From contig NIVC01000746.1 in the NCBI GenBank assembly GCA_002269645.1, forward strand, positions 62,001-126,000: a stretch of DNA of 64,000 bases. Reading direction: 5' to 3'. The DNA comes from Macrostomum lignano (taxonomy: Eukaryota). The position numbers were made by a program, and so were the translations under genes. Positions 11,449 to 24,200 of the stretch are shown here, in pieces. Numbering within the stretch: the first letter of the stretch is position 1; each line of letters opens with the position of its first letter. Under the pieces are notes generated by a model that was not told the DNA's origin, made no database searches, and worked only from the letters and a program-made list of their open reading frames with translations.

Positions 11449-12939
11449 TTTGCGACTCGAGCAGCAGATGTGACTAACAGGCAGGAGAAATCGGATTTCC
11501 ACCTGCTCGGGTTGAGGACTTAAATGGAATTCTTGAAGCGAAGCTCGGAACCCCTGGGTGTCTCCGGGCTGCCTCCTCCTTCTGACCAATTTCCCCTCTC
11601 GTCGTTGTTTTTCATTTTCACTTTCACTTTCTGTCAGACAGGAAGGACGCAGAGGCCGGGGGACAGTCAAACGGGACGCACTAATTTGCCCCGGCTCATC
11701 CGCGGCCGCGGAGTCCCTTTTCCTAATTTTCCCAGTCGACAGGACAGCGGTGCAAGCAGAGCTTTGACAGGCCGAAGTCTCATTACCGATCGGAAAACAC
11801 AGCGGAGAAAGAAATTCGCACACTAGAAGAAGAAGATGTTTGGTGAAAGCCGTTGGGAGGGAGGGGCGACAGTTCATCTGTCCTCTCCAACCGCTACCGT
11901 TTTTCTAATCATGCGGCACGCCATGACTTCGGGGACAAATAGCCACCTCCTAGCCTTGATTTGATGCAGTCAGTTCAGCCTCAATGGGTCGCTTTCACAT
12001 GCTCAGAAATCCATATTGTCGAAACGTCAGTCTGGTCTGTCACTTTCAAAATATTTCAAGTTTTGAGCCATGCAGAAGAAATTTGGTGCTTATGAAACGC
12101 CCCTGTCTACAGGTCTATGATGGAGAATCTCGCTGATATTTTAACCATAGCAGCGCCAAAAAATGGAAAAAGTGGTCGTTTTTATTTTAAACGGAGGATA
12201 TCTAAATTAGAACAGGTGATTTCAGCTTAATAAAAAGGATAAGTATTAAAATAGTTAATTTTAATGAGGTATTGTGGCGGCCAGACTATGCGACCGGCAG
12301 CACCAGTGCAGCCGCACTGGAAACCCCCCCCGCCAACCTCTGTCTAGCTGAGGTGGGGTGGTGGCGCACCGCGTTAGCCGGCTCGCTAAGCCAGGGGGGT
12401 TGGCGTAGCCAATCACGCCACGCCACATGTGCGCACCTCCCTTGGCCCCTCAGTAATCTCGCGCTGTTTTCACTAATATAAATATACGCGCAATGCAGTG
12501 CAACATCTTCGCTGCCATTCCATCTAGTGAAATTAAAAGGCCTTCCGCCTCAGTATATTATGTATTACGAGAGTATTTTAAATTCAACGGGGGTTTGAAA
12601 ACTTGAAAAAAAAACAAAAAAATTTTCATGGTTATGCTTTTTCGTTTTGTAAACGAGGAGTGGTACGTGGTGTAAGCATAAAGGCCGTTGGACAGAGCCA
12701 AAAGGGACATTAGAATGTTATTTCCATATTTCCATAGAAGGCATGACTGATTAGGATAGAGAGTACGCCCGAGGTTACTCAATATCGAACGGAAAAACCA
12801 TTGACAATGCGCCCGTGCTCATGTAGCATGTCGGGTTTTTTGCGACGACTGGCTATGTTGAACCCTGCTTAGGCAGCTGATAGTCAATAGCGCTGCAAAA
12901 CGCAGTCAACTGTTCGAATTTATTCAAAAGGAAGCGAAC

Positions 12940-15374
12940 CTTTACAGACGGTACATTGTTGGGGCCGACAGTGCGCTCCAGGAAAACCATGTCCATACCC
13001 ATGGAGTCTAGCAGGTGCCGCAGGCGCGGATGCACTGGTTTACCGGTGGTTGAGTCCTGCTCAAACATGCTCTCCCGCTGAGGCGTGATCAGCTGGAACC
13101 GTACATTTTGAGCCAATTTGTAGCTGCTTCTTCTCGCAGCATCCGGCTGTTCAGACTGGCGCTGCTTCTTCCTGTGCTGGCTGGAGCGATCGGCACCTTG
13201 GTTTCTGCGCTGCTCAGTAGCTTTGATCTGAGTAGGCGGCGTTGCTGAGGGAATCGAAGAGCATAAAAGTTTGTTACAAACCGGTAAAATGTTTAATCAT
13301 CGCGCTTTGAATCATTGCTGACAGTCAAATTGCTGACAGTCAAATTGCTGACAGTCAAATTGCTGACTGTCAAATTGCTGACAGTTAAATTGCTGACTGT
13401 CAAATTGCTGACAGTTAAATTGCTGACTGTCAAATTGCTGACAGTTAAATTGCTGACTGTCAAATTGCTGACAGTTAAATTGCTGACAGTCAAATTGCTG
13501 ACAGTCAAATTGCTGACTGTCAAATTGCTGACAGTTAAATTGCTGACTGTCAAATTGCTGACAGTTAAATTGCTGACTGTCAAATTGCTGACAGTTAAAT
13601 TGCTGACTGTCAAATTGCTGACAGTTAAATTGCTGACTGTCAAATTGCTGACAGTTAAATTGCTGACTGTCAAATTGCTGACAGTTAAATTGCTGACTGT
13701 CAAATTGCTGACAGTTAAATTGCTGACTGTCAAATTGCTGACAGTTAAATTGCTGACAGTTAAATTGCTGACAGTTAAATTGCTGACTGTCAAATTGCTG
13801 ACAGTTAAATTGCTGACTGTCAAATTGCTGACAGTTAAATTGCTGACAGTTAAATTGCTGACTGTCAAATTGCTGACAGTTAAATTGCTGAATGTCAAAT
13901 TGCTGACTGTCAAATTGCTGACAATAAAACTTCACCATGCAGCAGGCCAATTGCGGCAGTCAATCGTCGCAGACCTGGTTGCTATGGAATTAGGATTAGA
14001 TCCGGGTTACATCATACCTGCATGAGCACGTCTGTCGTCATGGACAGCTTCTGCTTTCTTATGCTGCTGTCTCGCACTTTTTTCCGTCTCTGTCCGTGAA
14101 GCATCCACCGCTGCAGCAGCCGCCGCAGCCTCTGGAGAAGACGAAATTGACGACTTTATATCGCCTGGGCTCATTAGTCCGGGCATCGCCCGGCTCATGT
14201 CGCTGACGGCTTCCATGACTGAGCGCCAGCTGGCGCCGCTCACAGCAATTGGCCTTCGACGATCGTCAGTAATAGCTCCGAGGCTGATGCTGACACCGCG
14301 GTGAGCGGATATCCGCACCAGAGCTGGGTCGTCGGGCTGCAGAGACCGGAGCAAAGTCAGCTGTCGGCGATGCCGCTGCCGCCGGCTGTTCGGGCAGGCT
14401 GACTCGGACGTTGAAGTTGACGAACTTGACGACGAAGACGTTGTTGATGACAACTTTGAATTCGAGGGAGAGCGGCGTTGGTACAGTTGAAAGCGACAAG
14501 TGACGCTATTCGGAGCCGCGTCCGGAGCCTGCTTAGCGGACGTCGGTGCCAGTTGCTGCTCATGATCAGACGTGCCGGACACCCTGTTATCACCGCAGCC
14601 ACCTGGGCAGCTTGGCTTCTGACTCTGCTGCTGGTGTTGCTGCTGCTGCTGCTCTCTGACAATCTTCATCTTGTTGCTGTTAAGCGAAGCTAGAGATTCT
14701 GAAGAGCTCTCTGATTGTTTTAACTCGGTCTCGGACTCGGTTGCCGACAGCTTTGAGCCTGGATGGGTCACAGTTTGATTGTACAATGTCTGTTGATTAC
14801 AGCAAACAATATAGGTTGTATTCAGGGATTCGCTTGCTCAATAATGATAAAAAATACCAGTTAATTATAGTAATAATCGATTACACCAGTCCTAATGAGC
14901 AGATGTGCAACCGACAGCTCAGCCGCAGCAATTGCGCGGCGCATCTGAAGGCTTCCGAAGGTTCCGAGTAAGTCTAGAATCGAACTCCGACCTTTCAGTC
15001 GTAAGTCCGACGCTCTAACCACTAGGCTACAACCTCCTCACGTAGTCTAAACTACCTGAATCGCAGTTTACTGTAGCTCGTACCGCAAACTCACAATCGC
15101 TGTCCGACGTTGAAGAACTGCCGCTGTCGTGTCGATAATCAAAATATTTAACGGCCGCATGAGAATGCTGCTGCTGACTTTGATGATGCTGATGCTGCTG
15201 CTGATTCGGCAGAGTCTCGATAGCCTCGAAAAAGTCCAGAGGCATGGCACGCCGATCCGGCTCGCGAATCTCTTGCAGCCACCGCTCGATTCGGCTGAAG
15301 TCTCCGGCGCTGCCAGTCTGCCTGCGCCTGTCCGCGGTCTTAATGCGAGACTGCGGCTGCGCCTGGGGCATCAT
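12940..15374 (-). CDS. Uncharacterised multi-exon gene, Ser/Gln-rich low-complexity protein (3' end not resolved)
   Basis: Phase-compatible GT-AG exons 15374-15056, 14758-14018 and 13244-12940 join into one open frame (MMPQAQ…FSRIERWLQEIREP…; …HPRLRHLLDSMGMDMVFLERTVGPNNVPSVK). No domain recognised. Confidence 0.7.
13313..13925. repeat. 15-bp intronic satellite with alternating variants (30-bp higher-order unit)
   Basis: About 41 units; ACAGTTAAATTGCTG alternates with ACTGTCAAATTGCTG. Confidence 0.96.
14972..15037 (-). pseudogene. tRNA-like SINE head or tRNA pseudogene
   Basis: Reverse strand reads GGAGGTTGTAGCCTAGTGGTTAGAGCG…GGAGTTCGATTC, with A-box and B-box. The acceptor stem does not pair. 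The head is nearly the same as that of the SINE at 48496. Confidence 0.7.
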
Positions 15375-15748
15375 TTAATTTTGCGAGCTGGGCTATTTCA
15401 ATATTATGAGCAATTCCCAGCGTACTCTGTTCGCCTATTCCTCTCAAGCTTGTCGGCAAACGAAAACATCGACAATGATGCTATGAAGAAGACTGAAATG
15501 AAAGTATCTATGGTGCAAATTGCAAGAGTACGAATCATGGACTTCTATACTTAGCATCCTAAGATGCTAAGTATAGAAGTCCATGGTACGAATAAATCGT
15601 TTAACTTGAAAAAATTAGGGAATTTTTCAGGGTAGTGCACCTTTCTATTAGTCTAAAATGTGACGCCGAGGTGAAGTGATGTTAAAGAGATATTTCAAAT
15701 GGCTAATAAGTCGTAGATTAAATGCAGAGCATGTAATGGCATTGGGCT

Positions 15749-15749
<1 letters not shown>

Positions 15750-15786
<37 letters not shown>
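15750..15786. repeat. (CT)n microsatellite
   Basis: Direct reading. Confidence 0.95.
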
Positions 15787-15789
<3 letters not shown>

Positions 15790-16924
15790 CAGTGAACAGT
15801 GTGGCGTGCAGTGGATTGTGTGACGTGTGATGAGTTTAGGAGTGGTGATCAGTCACTTGAAACCTCCCACTTCTAGACTCTGGAGAATAAGTGCCTAAGT
15901 ATATGCAAAATCAAATAACTCTTACTGCAGCGGATCCTTTAATAGCTTGTAGACGTCTTGGTTTGTTTTAGATGAATCGTTACCTCCCGGAGTCCTTGAC
16001 TTCTATCTGTGGGTCTTGACAGTCCTCGACCTCGGAACTAACAACAAAACGTGCGCTCTAATGAACAATTGAATTCTCTGAGTTTCTGTACTAGATCCTC
16101 TTAAAGGGCGTCTTCTTCGTTACGTCTGAAACGTAACGGATAACTCTAATCCATTGATGAATCCTCGAGGAATATTTCCTAGGAAACAAGGAGGCCTTTT
16201 TAAAATGCGTCGAAAATAAACTGCACTCGTAAAATTTTATTAATCAACCTTTTCATGCTAGCAACAAGGAACTAAATCTGGTAAACGCTTACCAATTGGA
16301 CAAGTGTAGTCTCTCAAAGATTGGTCTCCTTCTCTTCTTCTTAAGAATCTTCCTTGAGACTCCAAGTCTCTCCAATTCTGAATTTTTTTTACTCAGATCT
16401 TCGCTTATATTTATAGCAAAATTTTGGAGAAAAACCGGTTTGGAATCGGATATTTACTTAGGTCATTCATGTTTGATTAAGCTGTCATGTATTTTTAAGC
16501 ATATAGCTGCATTACCATATGTGGGGTTAAGCAAATACTGCTGTTAGAAACCGGTTCCTTGATCAAACAGACGTTGGTCCTACGTAGGGTTCTGAACCAC
16601 TCTATTATATGACTCATTCTATAAATAGATTGCAAGTTGAAATTGATTTTCTTAGAATATTACTTTAAGTAGGACATTTCGCTATGGTTTTAATAACTCT
16701 TTACACGTGTAGTGGACGGTGTTACATGCAGCAGATTGTGTGGCATTGGACGGTTTGGCGTGCAGTGGATGGTGTGACGTGCCAAGAATGTTCCAACAGG
16801 AATCATTAAACATATTACGAGCGTATGAAACGCAAATCAACAAAATTTGTTTCAACGGCATAATGTTTAGTTGTGCGTACATCTGTTGCATATTTTTATC
16901 TCGACTAACATATTGACCCTGATT

Positions 16925-17330
16925 GTTATCTTCAAAGATTTCAAGAAAGCATTCGACTCGGTCGTCAGGGCTGTGCTCCCTAAGGTGCTCCGTGCGTACA
17001 ACGTGCCAAACCAGCTGATTTCCGCCATTGTGGCGATGTACCGCGATAAGAAAGCTGCTGTTTTAACACCGGAAGGCCAATCGGACTTCTTTGAGACATC
17101 TTCCGGGTGCTTCAAGTAGATACGTTTGCGCCGTTCCATCCGCGCCGAGACGTACTGTCCACAAACGGTGAAGAAGGAGGTGCTGCTGCTGACACTGCAG
17201 GCACTCTACCGGCGGGGGCAGACCCGCACTTGGCGTTTCGTCGACTGCCTGCTGGCTGACGCCGGCGCCCCGGATTTGGTCGGGGGCGTGGCATTCGTGA
17301 CGCTGACCGCGTATTTTGTTGTTGTTGTTG
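16925..17330 (+). mobile_element. Decayed non-LTR retrotransposon RT fragment (RTE-like)
   Basis: Translates as IFKDFKKAFDSV…KVLRAYNVPNQLISAIVAMY…VLTPEGQSDFFETSSG, typical of LINE RT domains, then breaks up into frameshifts. Confidence 0.75.
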
Positions 17331-17410
17331 TTGTTGTATGGACAGCTGAAGGAGAACGTTGCACTTGATTTTCTCAGAAATGAGCTAGAGGCTGGTAAGG
17401 AACGCATATA

Positions 17411-18017
17411 CACTCAGCAACAGTCAAAACCGCCACCCTACCGAGAGAGGCGACTTCTCTCTCACCTCAACTGCAAGTGACGTAACTTGCGATAGTTGGG
17501 TGATAGTGAATTCCAGGGTGAGAGTACAAAAGGGACTCGGGTTGGGGTTGTCACATGCAACAGTACACGTGACAATGATCAGGCATATGACAGACGCTGA
17601 ACGATGGCGCGCTGTTGGCATGCTAGAAGCTGGTGCATCCATCAGTGCAGTTGCTCGCCAGTTTGGCCGATCACGTTCAACAATTCGAGCGCTGTTAACG
17701 AAGTCCCAAGATACTGGTAGTGTTCAGCACGCAGCCATAGGCAGCCAGCGCCATGATCTCCGCGGCTTAACAGCCAGGGCAAATCGACGTCTGCTGCGGA
17801 TTGTCAGGCGAACTCCGACCGCGCCAGCCACCCTGCTCCGTCTAATGTGGGGTGAAAGAAGCAGATGGGGCATCCCCTGCATCCCCTGATTGCTCTCTCC
17901 TGCATTCACTCTCACCCAGCTTTAGCCACGCCGTGGCGCAAGTTATGTCACTTGCAGTTGAGGTGAGAGAGAAGTCGCCTCTCTCGGTAGGGTGGCGGTT
18001 TTGACTGTTGCTGAGTG
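17411..18017 (+). mobile_element. Internally deleted Tc1/mariner element retaining only the transposase DNA-binding domain
   Basis: About 78-bp near-perfect TIRs (CACTCAGCAACAGTCAAAACCGCC…), TA on both sides. ORF 17575-17889 (MTDAERWRAVGMLEAGASISAVARQFGRSRSTIRALL…) is a Tc1 paired-like HTH. No DDE domain. Confidence 0.92.
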
Positions 18018-18504
18018 TATTAGTGGTATCGCCAGTAGTGCATTGTAATTATTTTTAGGGCAAATGCCTGCATCAATCACTTGTCGCTTTTTGCCTTTAA
18101 CTGTCTGTGACATTTTTATTTCAATAATTCTGATAATATTTATTATCAACGGCTTAGAAAGAAGAAGCGACGCAGTGCGGCTCGAATGCAGATGAGACTT
18201 GATGGAGCATATCAGTACGAGCCTCTTTTATTTGTTTTGATTCATTTACGCGTACTTTTCATCATTCCATTTTTTTTGAGCGCGTGCAGGTTGCACGTAC
18301 GTTTCAGCCCAGCCTACAGTCCTGATGTTCAGCACGCCCCGATTTATATAGAGAAGTTATTTTTTGCAAAAAATATAAATACTCAACAAAATTGAAAAGT
18401 CACCATTCTTTGCCCTGGTGAGCAGTGTCTTTCGACCAGCGTATATCACCTGGTCAACCATTTTGATATTAAAAAATGCTTTAAAAACAATGAAAACCAA
18501 CAGG

Positions 18505-20882
18505 TGTTACACTTTAGACTATCCGGGGTTTTTTTGTCTGGCCCGGATATCCGAACGCACTTACGATATCCGCCCGGATATTGCCAAGCAAAAAACCTGC
18601 TTTGTTTTCTCCTTCCCAGATATCTTGAGCTGCTTTGCATTGTCCGGGCACTTTGAGATGTCTCTCCTGGACATCCTACGGCACTGACTCTGCTATCCGG
18701 CCCGGAGATCACAAGAAGGGAAAGTTGTCTTGGGACATCCGACTGTAGGTTGAAAGAGAGGGTCAGTCTGCGGAGACAGAGGTTTGCTTTAGGACATCCG
18801 GCTACTGATATCCGAGGTTAGGAATAGCAAAATTTTGAAATCAATTTTCACAAAGTAGAAAAAACTGTTTGCTAATTTTTCAATTGGCAAACATCTGCGT
18901 CATGCTTCTTTAACCGAGTATATTTTCAATCACTATTTTGCATTTCACACACTCCAAACAGAAGTAACATTAAAGCTATTGATATACATTGTCAACCGAA
19001 AAACCGTTACTTTATTCACCAATCTACATGTAATTCGATCAATCAAAAGCAGGCGATCCGCTGAATGAAGCGTGATGAGCCACAGCCTTCTTCAGATGCT
19101 TTCAATTCCGTTTACACATTTTGACAACCCAGCCAGCTAATAAGTAGTTTTGCCGAGGCATTGGATGATGCGGTAGACCCGCTCACTCCACGTCTTCTGC
19201 AGCTTTCCGCCCTTCCTGTCGTCTCGGCGTGTGTTGCGAAGTCTCACCCGATCTCGAACCTTGAACTCCTCCGCTCGAGTTCGTAAAGCTGCGTGGCGCT
19301 TTTTCATTCGCTGCTGGCTCAGTTTGATTCTCCGCGCGAAGAATTTTTGGGATGCAGCTCGCTGTTTGTTCTTCTCGATCATCCAACCCCGATTTACAGG
19401 TGCAAACTTAGGCTTCGAGGCAGTAGGCAGCAGCGCCGCTGCCTGGTTGCCTAGCAAAGGTTCGAAACCAAACGCGGCCAGAAATGGTGAAATTCCAGTG
19501 ACTGAATGTCGTCGGCTATTGTAGGCCAGTTGAATTTCATTGAGCCTGGTGTCCCAGTCAGTTGGATTCTCTGATGAGCAACACTTTCTTACTGATGCAG
19601 GTCTGGTTCAAGCGTTTGGTCTGTCCGTTAGTCTCTGGGTGATACGCGCTTGTTACTCGTCTTTCAGTTCCACCAGATTCTAGAAGGATGTCAATAATTG
19701 AGTTGCAGAACTCCCGTCCCTGATCGCTGAGGATAATGCGCGGCCAACCGAACAGTGCAAAGAGGTCCTTCAGTTCCTTCGCGATGGATGCAGCTTGGAT
19801 GTTTGACAAAGGCCGGAATACAGCAAACTTCGTAAATTTACAGCACACTGTCAGAATGTACTTGGATCCTGAATCGGTGGTCGTTGGCATCGTGATGCAG
19901 TCGACACAGAGAAACCCAAAAAGCCTGCTTGCATTGTCCGGTATTTCAATCGGATGAATTTCGCTTTGCTTGGTTGAAAATTTCTTGTTGACCACTTCGC
20001 ACTTGCACATGCACAAGCTTCCACAACGGATTTGGCTATTGGCGATACAGGGAAGTCAGTGAAGTACCTCGACGTAAAGAGGCTCAATGTGCTCTTTATA
20101 CCTACGTGACTTCCCTGAATGTGCAAAGCTTGCATTTTGCTCTTGACTTCTGCGATGTCGTAAAGAACTTTGCGCTTCTCTTCAGACCTCCTTCTCTGAC
20201 TGTCCGCTTTGTTCTTGACTTGATAGTAAAACGAGCCTTCATGAATCGTGAATTTTTTGCTCTTTTCTCTGATTTTTCTTTTTAGATTATCTCTCTCTTT
20301 CGTATTGGAATTTTCCGGCAGCTCAACATACTCGTCTTTCAAAACATAAAAAACACTTGGTTCAGTGATACTTTAGCCATCGAGAGATAAATTTTCCTAA
20401 AGGTAGAACTTCGACAAGAAATAAAGTCTATATATCTTAGAAGTTACGTGTAATATACTCTCTCTAATTTGCGCAACACTTTCCTTTGTGGGCTATTAGC
20501 TCGTACACTGATCTTCATTGCACGTACGCTTGTAGTGCTAGCAATGTGACGCCAGTCCATTATCGATTTATTCTTAGACTGCACCTCATCTGCCCCTCCC
20601 CTGTCTAAGGTGCAGTCAGGGCCCTTCCCTGGCCTCTGAGTCAGCCCCATTCTCTCGAAATGATGTCCTGCCCCATTCACATGCGCTTTATCAGGTAAAT
20701 AACTTGACCACCTTGCCACCCAAATCTTTATTCACCCCGGACAATTTAAGACCCAGGATATTTCAAAGCCCGATTTTGTTGTGCCTTGGATTATCCTGGG
20801 TAGGTTATCGCAAAGCGACAATAATTTTGCTTTGCGATGTCCCCCGGACAAATTAAGACCCCGGAGAACAGAAAGCCTAACA
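18505..20882 (-). mobile_element. Ginger1-like DNA transposon (Gypsy-type integrase without RT), frameshifted
   Basis: Three overlapping frames give an N-terminal region, an H2C2 zinc-binding motif (LHIQGSHVGIK…C..C), an rve core (CVDC…ILSDQGREF…SAYHPETNG) and a GPY/F-like tail (FKVRDRVRLRN…KGGKLQKTW). No gag or RT. Imperfect TIRs begin TGTTA and end TAACA, flanked by CAGG (18501-18504) and CCGG (20883-20886). Confidence 0.8.
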
Positions 20883-21200
20883 CCGGGCGAAAGCTTCAAT
20901 CCATCCGATCTTCACCCTCCGCTCTTCCGAATTCCTCCAGTGCAGACGGCCAGTGCAGGGTCTCATTCAACCTGATTTGTCAGAATTTTGCTAAATTTTT
21001 AATATAATATTTCCAAACCCTCTGTGCTTTTCTCGGTGCTTTAGAATGGTTTCCAATTTAAGTTTTGTCTCATTCGTTAAATATTCTTCTCATGGCTAAA
21101 CAGCGTCTCGCATTGGTATCGGTCTATTTCACCCTTAATTACCCGTAATTTAATTCCTATACTAGTGTTCCTATAGTGTTCCTATACATGCCATAAGTAG

Positions 21201-21254
21201 CAACTTTTGTCCTTTGCTTCTGTCATTTTTGGAGGATTGTTGGGACATCCGTGC
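21201..21254. repeat. Left half of an unclassified dispersed repeat split by the LINE
   Basis: CAACTTTTGTCCTTTGCTTCTGTCATTTTTGGAGG…GGGACATCCGTGC matches 37599-37655. Confidence 0.8.
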
Positions 21255-24200
21255 GCATGCAAGGCGGGTACAGCACGCCTGTGTAGCATGAGACAGACTA
21301 GGCCTACGGGCTAAGGTCTGCGATCCTACACACCTGCACCCCCTCTATTCTGGTGCAGGAATGGCAGGAGAACTCCCTCCAAGCTGACTCGCAAGCCGAC
21401 CCAGGGGTTCACGCCCCGCATGAGTTCAAGGCAGATCTAGGGCTGCTGGACTGACTGGGCTCCGGTGGCGGCAACCCATCCGTGGCCTTTTGGCCAAGTT
21501 GGGTACCGGCTCCGCCCGGAAGTGCACCTGTGCGTATCAGGTACCTCTGGCCACGGCTCTGAGGAACAGGTACCACCCTCTGACCTTAACAGGGTATGCG
21601 GCCAGTCCGCAGGCTCCGGAGGCAGTCCTCCTGCTTCCCTCAAGGGCCCAGTGTAGTACCGTGCTGATGGTCCTTTGGTTCGGCCTTTGGTTTTTCCAAG
21701 CCGGGCTCTTAGCCGGGGAGTTTCTCGGTTGCTAGCGGTCGGGCCGGTACGGGCTTAAGCCACCCCCGGTCGCTACCTCTTGGCCTGGTTGTTGGGTTTG
21801 GGGTTACGGCCCAGCGGCTTCTCACCTTTAGTCCCCACTCGCCTTTCAGCGACTCATGGAGTATTCATTTACCTCCGACACGTCCGAGGCTGCTGGAGCA
21901 CACACCAAGGTTGGCACCGCGGCCCAGCCGGACATTCGCAACACCGGAACCCCCGGTGCCTCTCAATCTGCCGCTGCCGCCGCTCAGGATAATACCGGAG
22001 TGGCTGGACAAGACAGCGGACCTCAGATTTCGAAAAAGAAGGCCCGTAGCATTGCTCGCTACAAAGCCTTTCTCCTGCGCAAAGCGGAGGAACGGAGGAA
22101 TGCGAAAGCCGCCCCTCCGGCCACCTCTGAGGAGGGTGCCGGTAACTCTGCGAACCCCGCGGAGGAGCCGACATCCGACAAGGGGGTGGACCCCGCGCGC
22201 CGGTCTGATGCGTCAGGTGCCGCCGAAGCTCCTGGTGCGGCTGGCCCCTCCCGTGACCGGACCTCTGCCCGTGTGGAAGCTCCCACGGCCGTGGAGGGAT
22301 CCAAAGCGGGGGGCGCTGGCCAAACCACAAAGCCGAAGCGAACCTACGCGGCTATGGCCAAAAGCAGCCGGCCCTGGTTATCCAAGGCCAGGAGACGCCT
22401 CTTACGGCCGAACAGCTCGACCTTATCTGGCGCAGGTTGGACTCCTACCTGGTCAAGATGGCCTTGAGCGGCACTACTATTCGAGTCCAAAAGACGAAAG
22501 TCGAGGACCAAGCTCTCTATATCCAGCCCACCGACAGCCAGTCAGGACAGCAGCTCCTCGAGCAGCTGAAAACCTTCGACTGGGGTACGGAGCTGGAGAA
22601 CCTGTTCATCTACAAGGAGGACGAGCGACCCCGGACACACCGGCACCGTGCCTGGATCCCGGCTCGCAGCTGCATCACCAAGGCCGACGAGCTGCGTCAC
22701 CTGCTAGTGGCTTCCAACCCGGAGCTACCGGCCAACGGTGTCGTAGTTCACGAGACCATCTCCAAGCCGGACGGAGACGGTTTCACGGCTATTCTTGGAC
22801 CGTCGGATAGCTGGATGCTCCGCTACCCGGACATGTCCATCATCTCTGTCGGGCTGTTGCAGATTCAGCTCTTTAGCTTTGAGTCTGACGCCACCCGCCC
22901 ACCGCCCCCGGAGAAGCGTAAGCGGGCAGTCGGGGCTCTGCCGGGCGGAAACGCCCAGGAAAAGAAGCCCCCGGTCGTCACGACCCCTCCGAGGACGTGG
23001 ACCCTGTCAGAGGGAAAGCCGCGAAAGCTGCAGCAACAGGCGGACGTGGAAAGGGCCGGAAACCCGCCCGGAACACTATCCGCTCTGGTCTGACTCAGCG
23101 CGCGAAGCAGCTGCTGGACACCGCCAAGGCCCCCAACCGCAGCCACCCCCAGCCCAGTGTCACCACTGCGCCCCCCCCCGGAAAACCGGGCCGAGAGCGA
23201 GAATGCCGCCCAGGTAGCGACCTCGCCCTCGACCATGGAATCCATCCGGGAGGAGCCCATGGAGCTGGAGCCTGGAGCTATCGGCGAGGCAGAAGAGGCA
23301 GCTCTCCTGCACAACTCGCCTTGAGCCGGCAGGAAGCTGCGCGGACCACTCGTGGAATTCCCGGAGTGGACATCCTGCAGCTTAACCTGCACCACTGCAT
23401 CGCGGCCTCGACCAACCTGATGCGGGTGGCAAACTTTGCGAAACCGGGCATCATCCTACTCCAGGAGCCCTGGACAAAGAAAGGTAAGATTCCGAATATT
23501 CCTGCTGGTTTTGACTGTTTTCAAGACCCCCAAAACCCCAGAGCAGCCATTTTCGTATCTACCCACCTCAAAGCTTGGCACAGACCGGACCTCTCTGACA
23601 GAGACCTCTGTGTCATTCAGTCCAACCACATTATCACCAACCACACGGTCATCATCGCCTCGATCTATATCCCTGGCGATGGCCCCGCGGTTCCACCCAA
23701 CCTCACCTCCTTCGTGGACTACTGCTCTAACCGTAGGTGGCGGGCGACATCAACGCTCAACACACCCACTGGGGCAGTAATACTTCCAATAGCAGAGGCG
23801 AGGAACTCCTTGATTACATCTGCACCACCAACACTGAGTTTTGCAACATTGGTGGAACCCCCACCTTTGACAACGGGCGATGGACGGAGGCCCTCGACGT
23901 TACCCTCGTCTCCCATGGCTTGGCTCCTTTAGTCAAGGACTGGGAGGTGTGGGACGAAGAGGAGTCTCTGTCTGACCATCGCTTCGTTCGTTTTCGTTTG
24001 CAATCCTCTTGCCCCAAGCCTCACATTCTGTGGAAAAGGAACGTCCGGAACACTGATTGGACGGCTTTCACGGAAACCCTGAAATGCCAGACAGATCAGC
24101 TGACTACCGTCGCTCCAACCACCTGTCAGGAAGTGGATGACCTTGCAGACTTGCTCAGCAAGACCGTCCTGACAGCCCATGAGGCTTCCTGTCCTCTTAA

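Noticed and set aside
13313-13925. CRISPR-like appearance of this and other regular arrays
   Set aside because: No unique spacers, no cas genes, eukaryotic intronic context.
14972-15037. Functional tRNA-Val(TAC) gene
   Set aside because: The acceptor stem does not pair, the anticodon stem has a mismatch, and the head matches a SINE.
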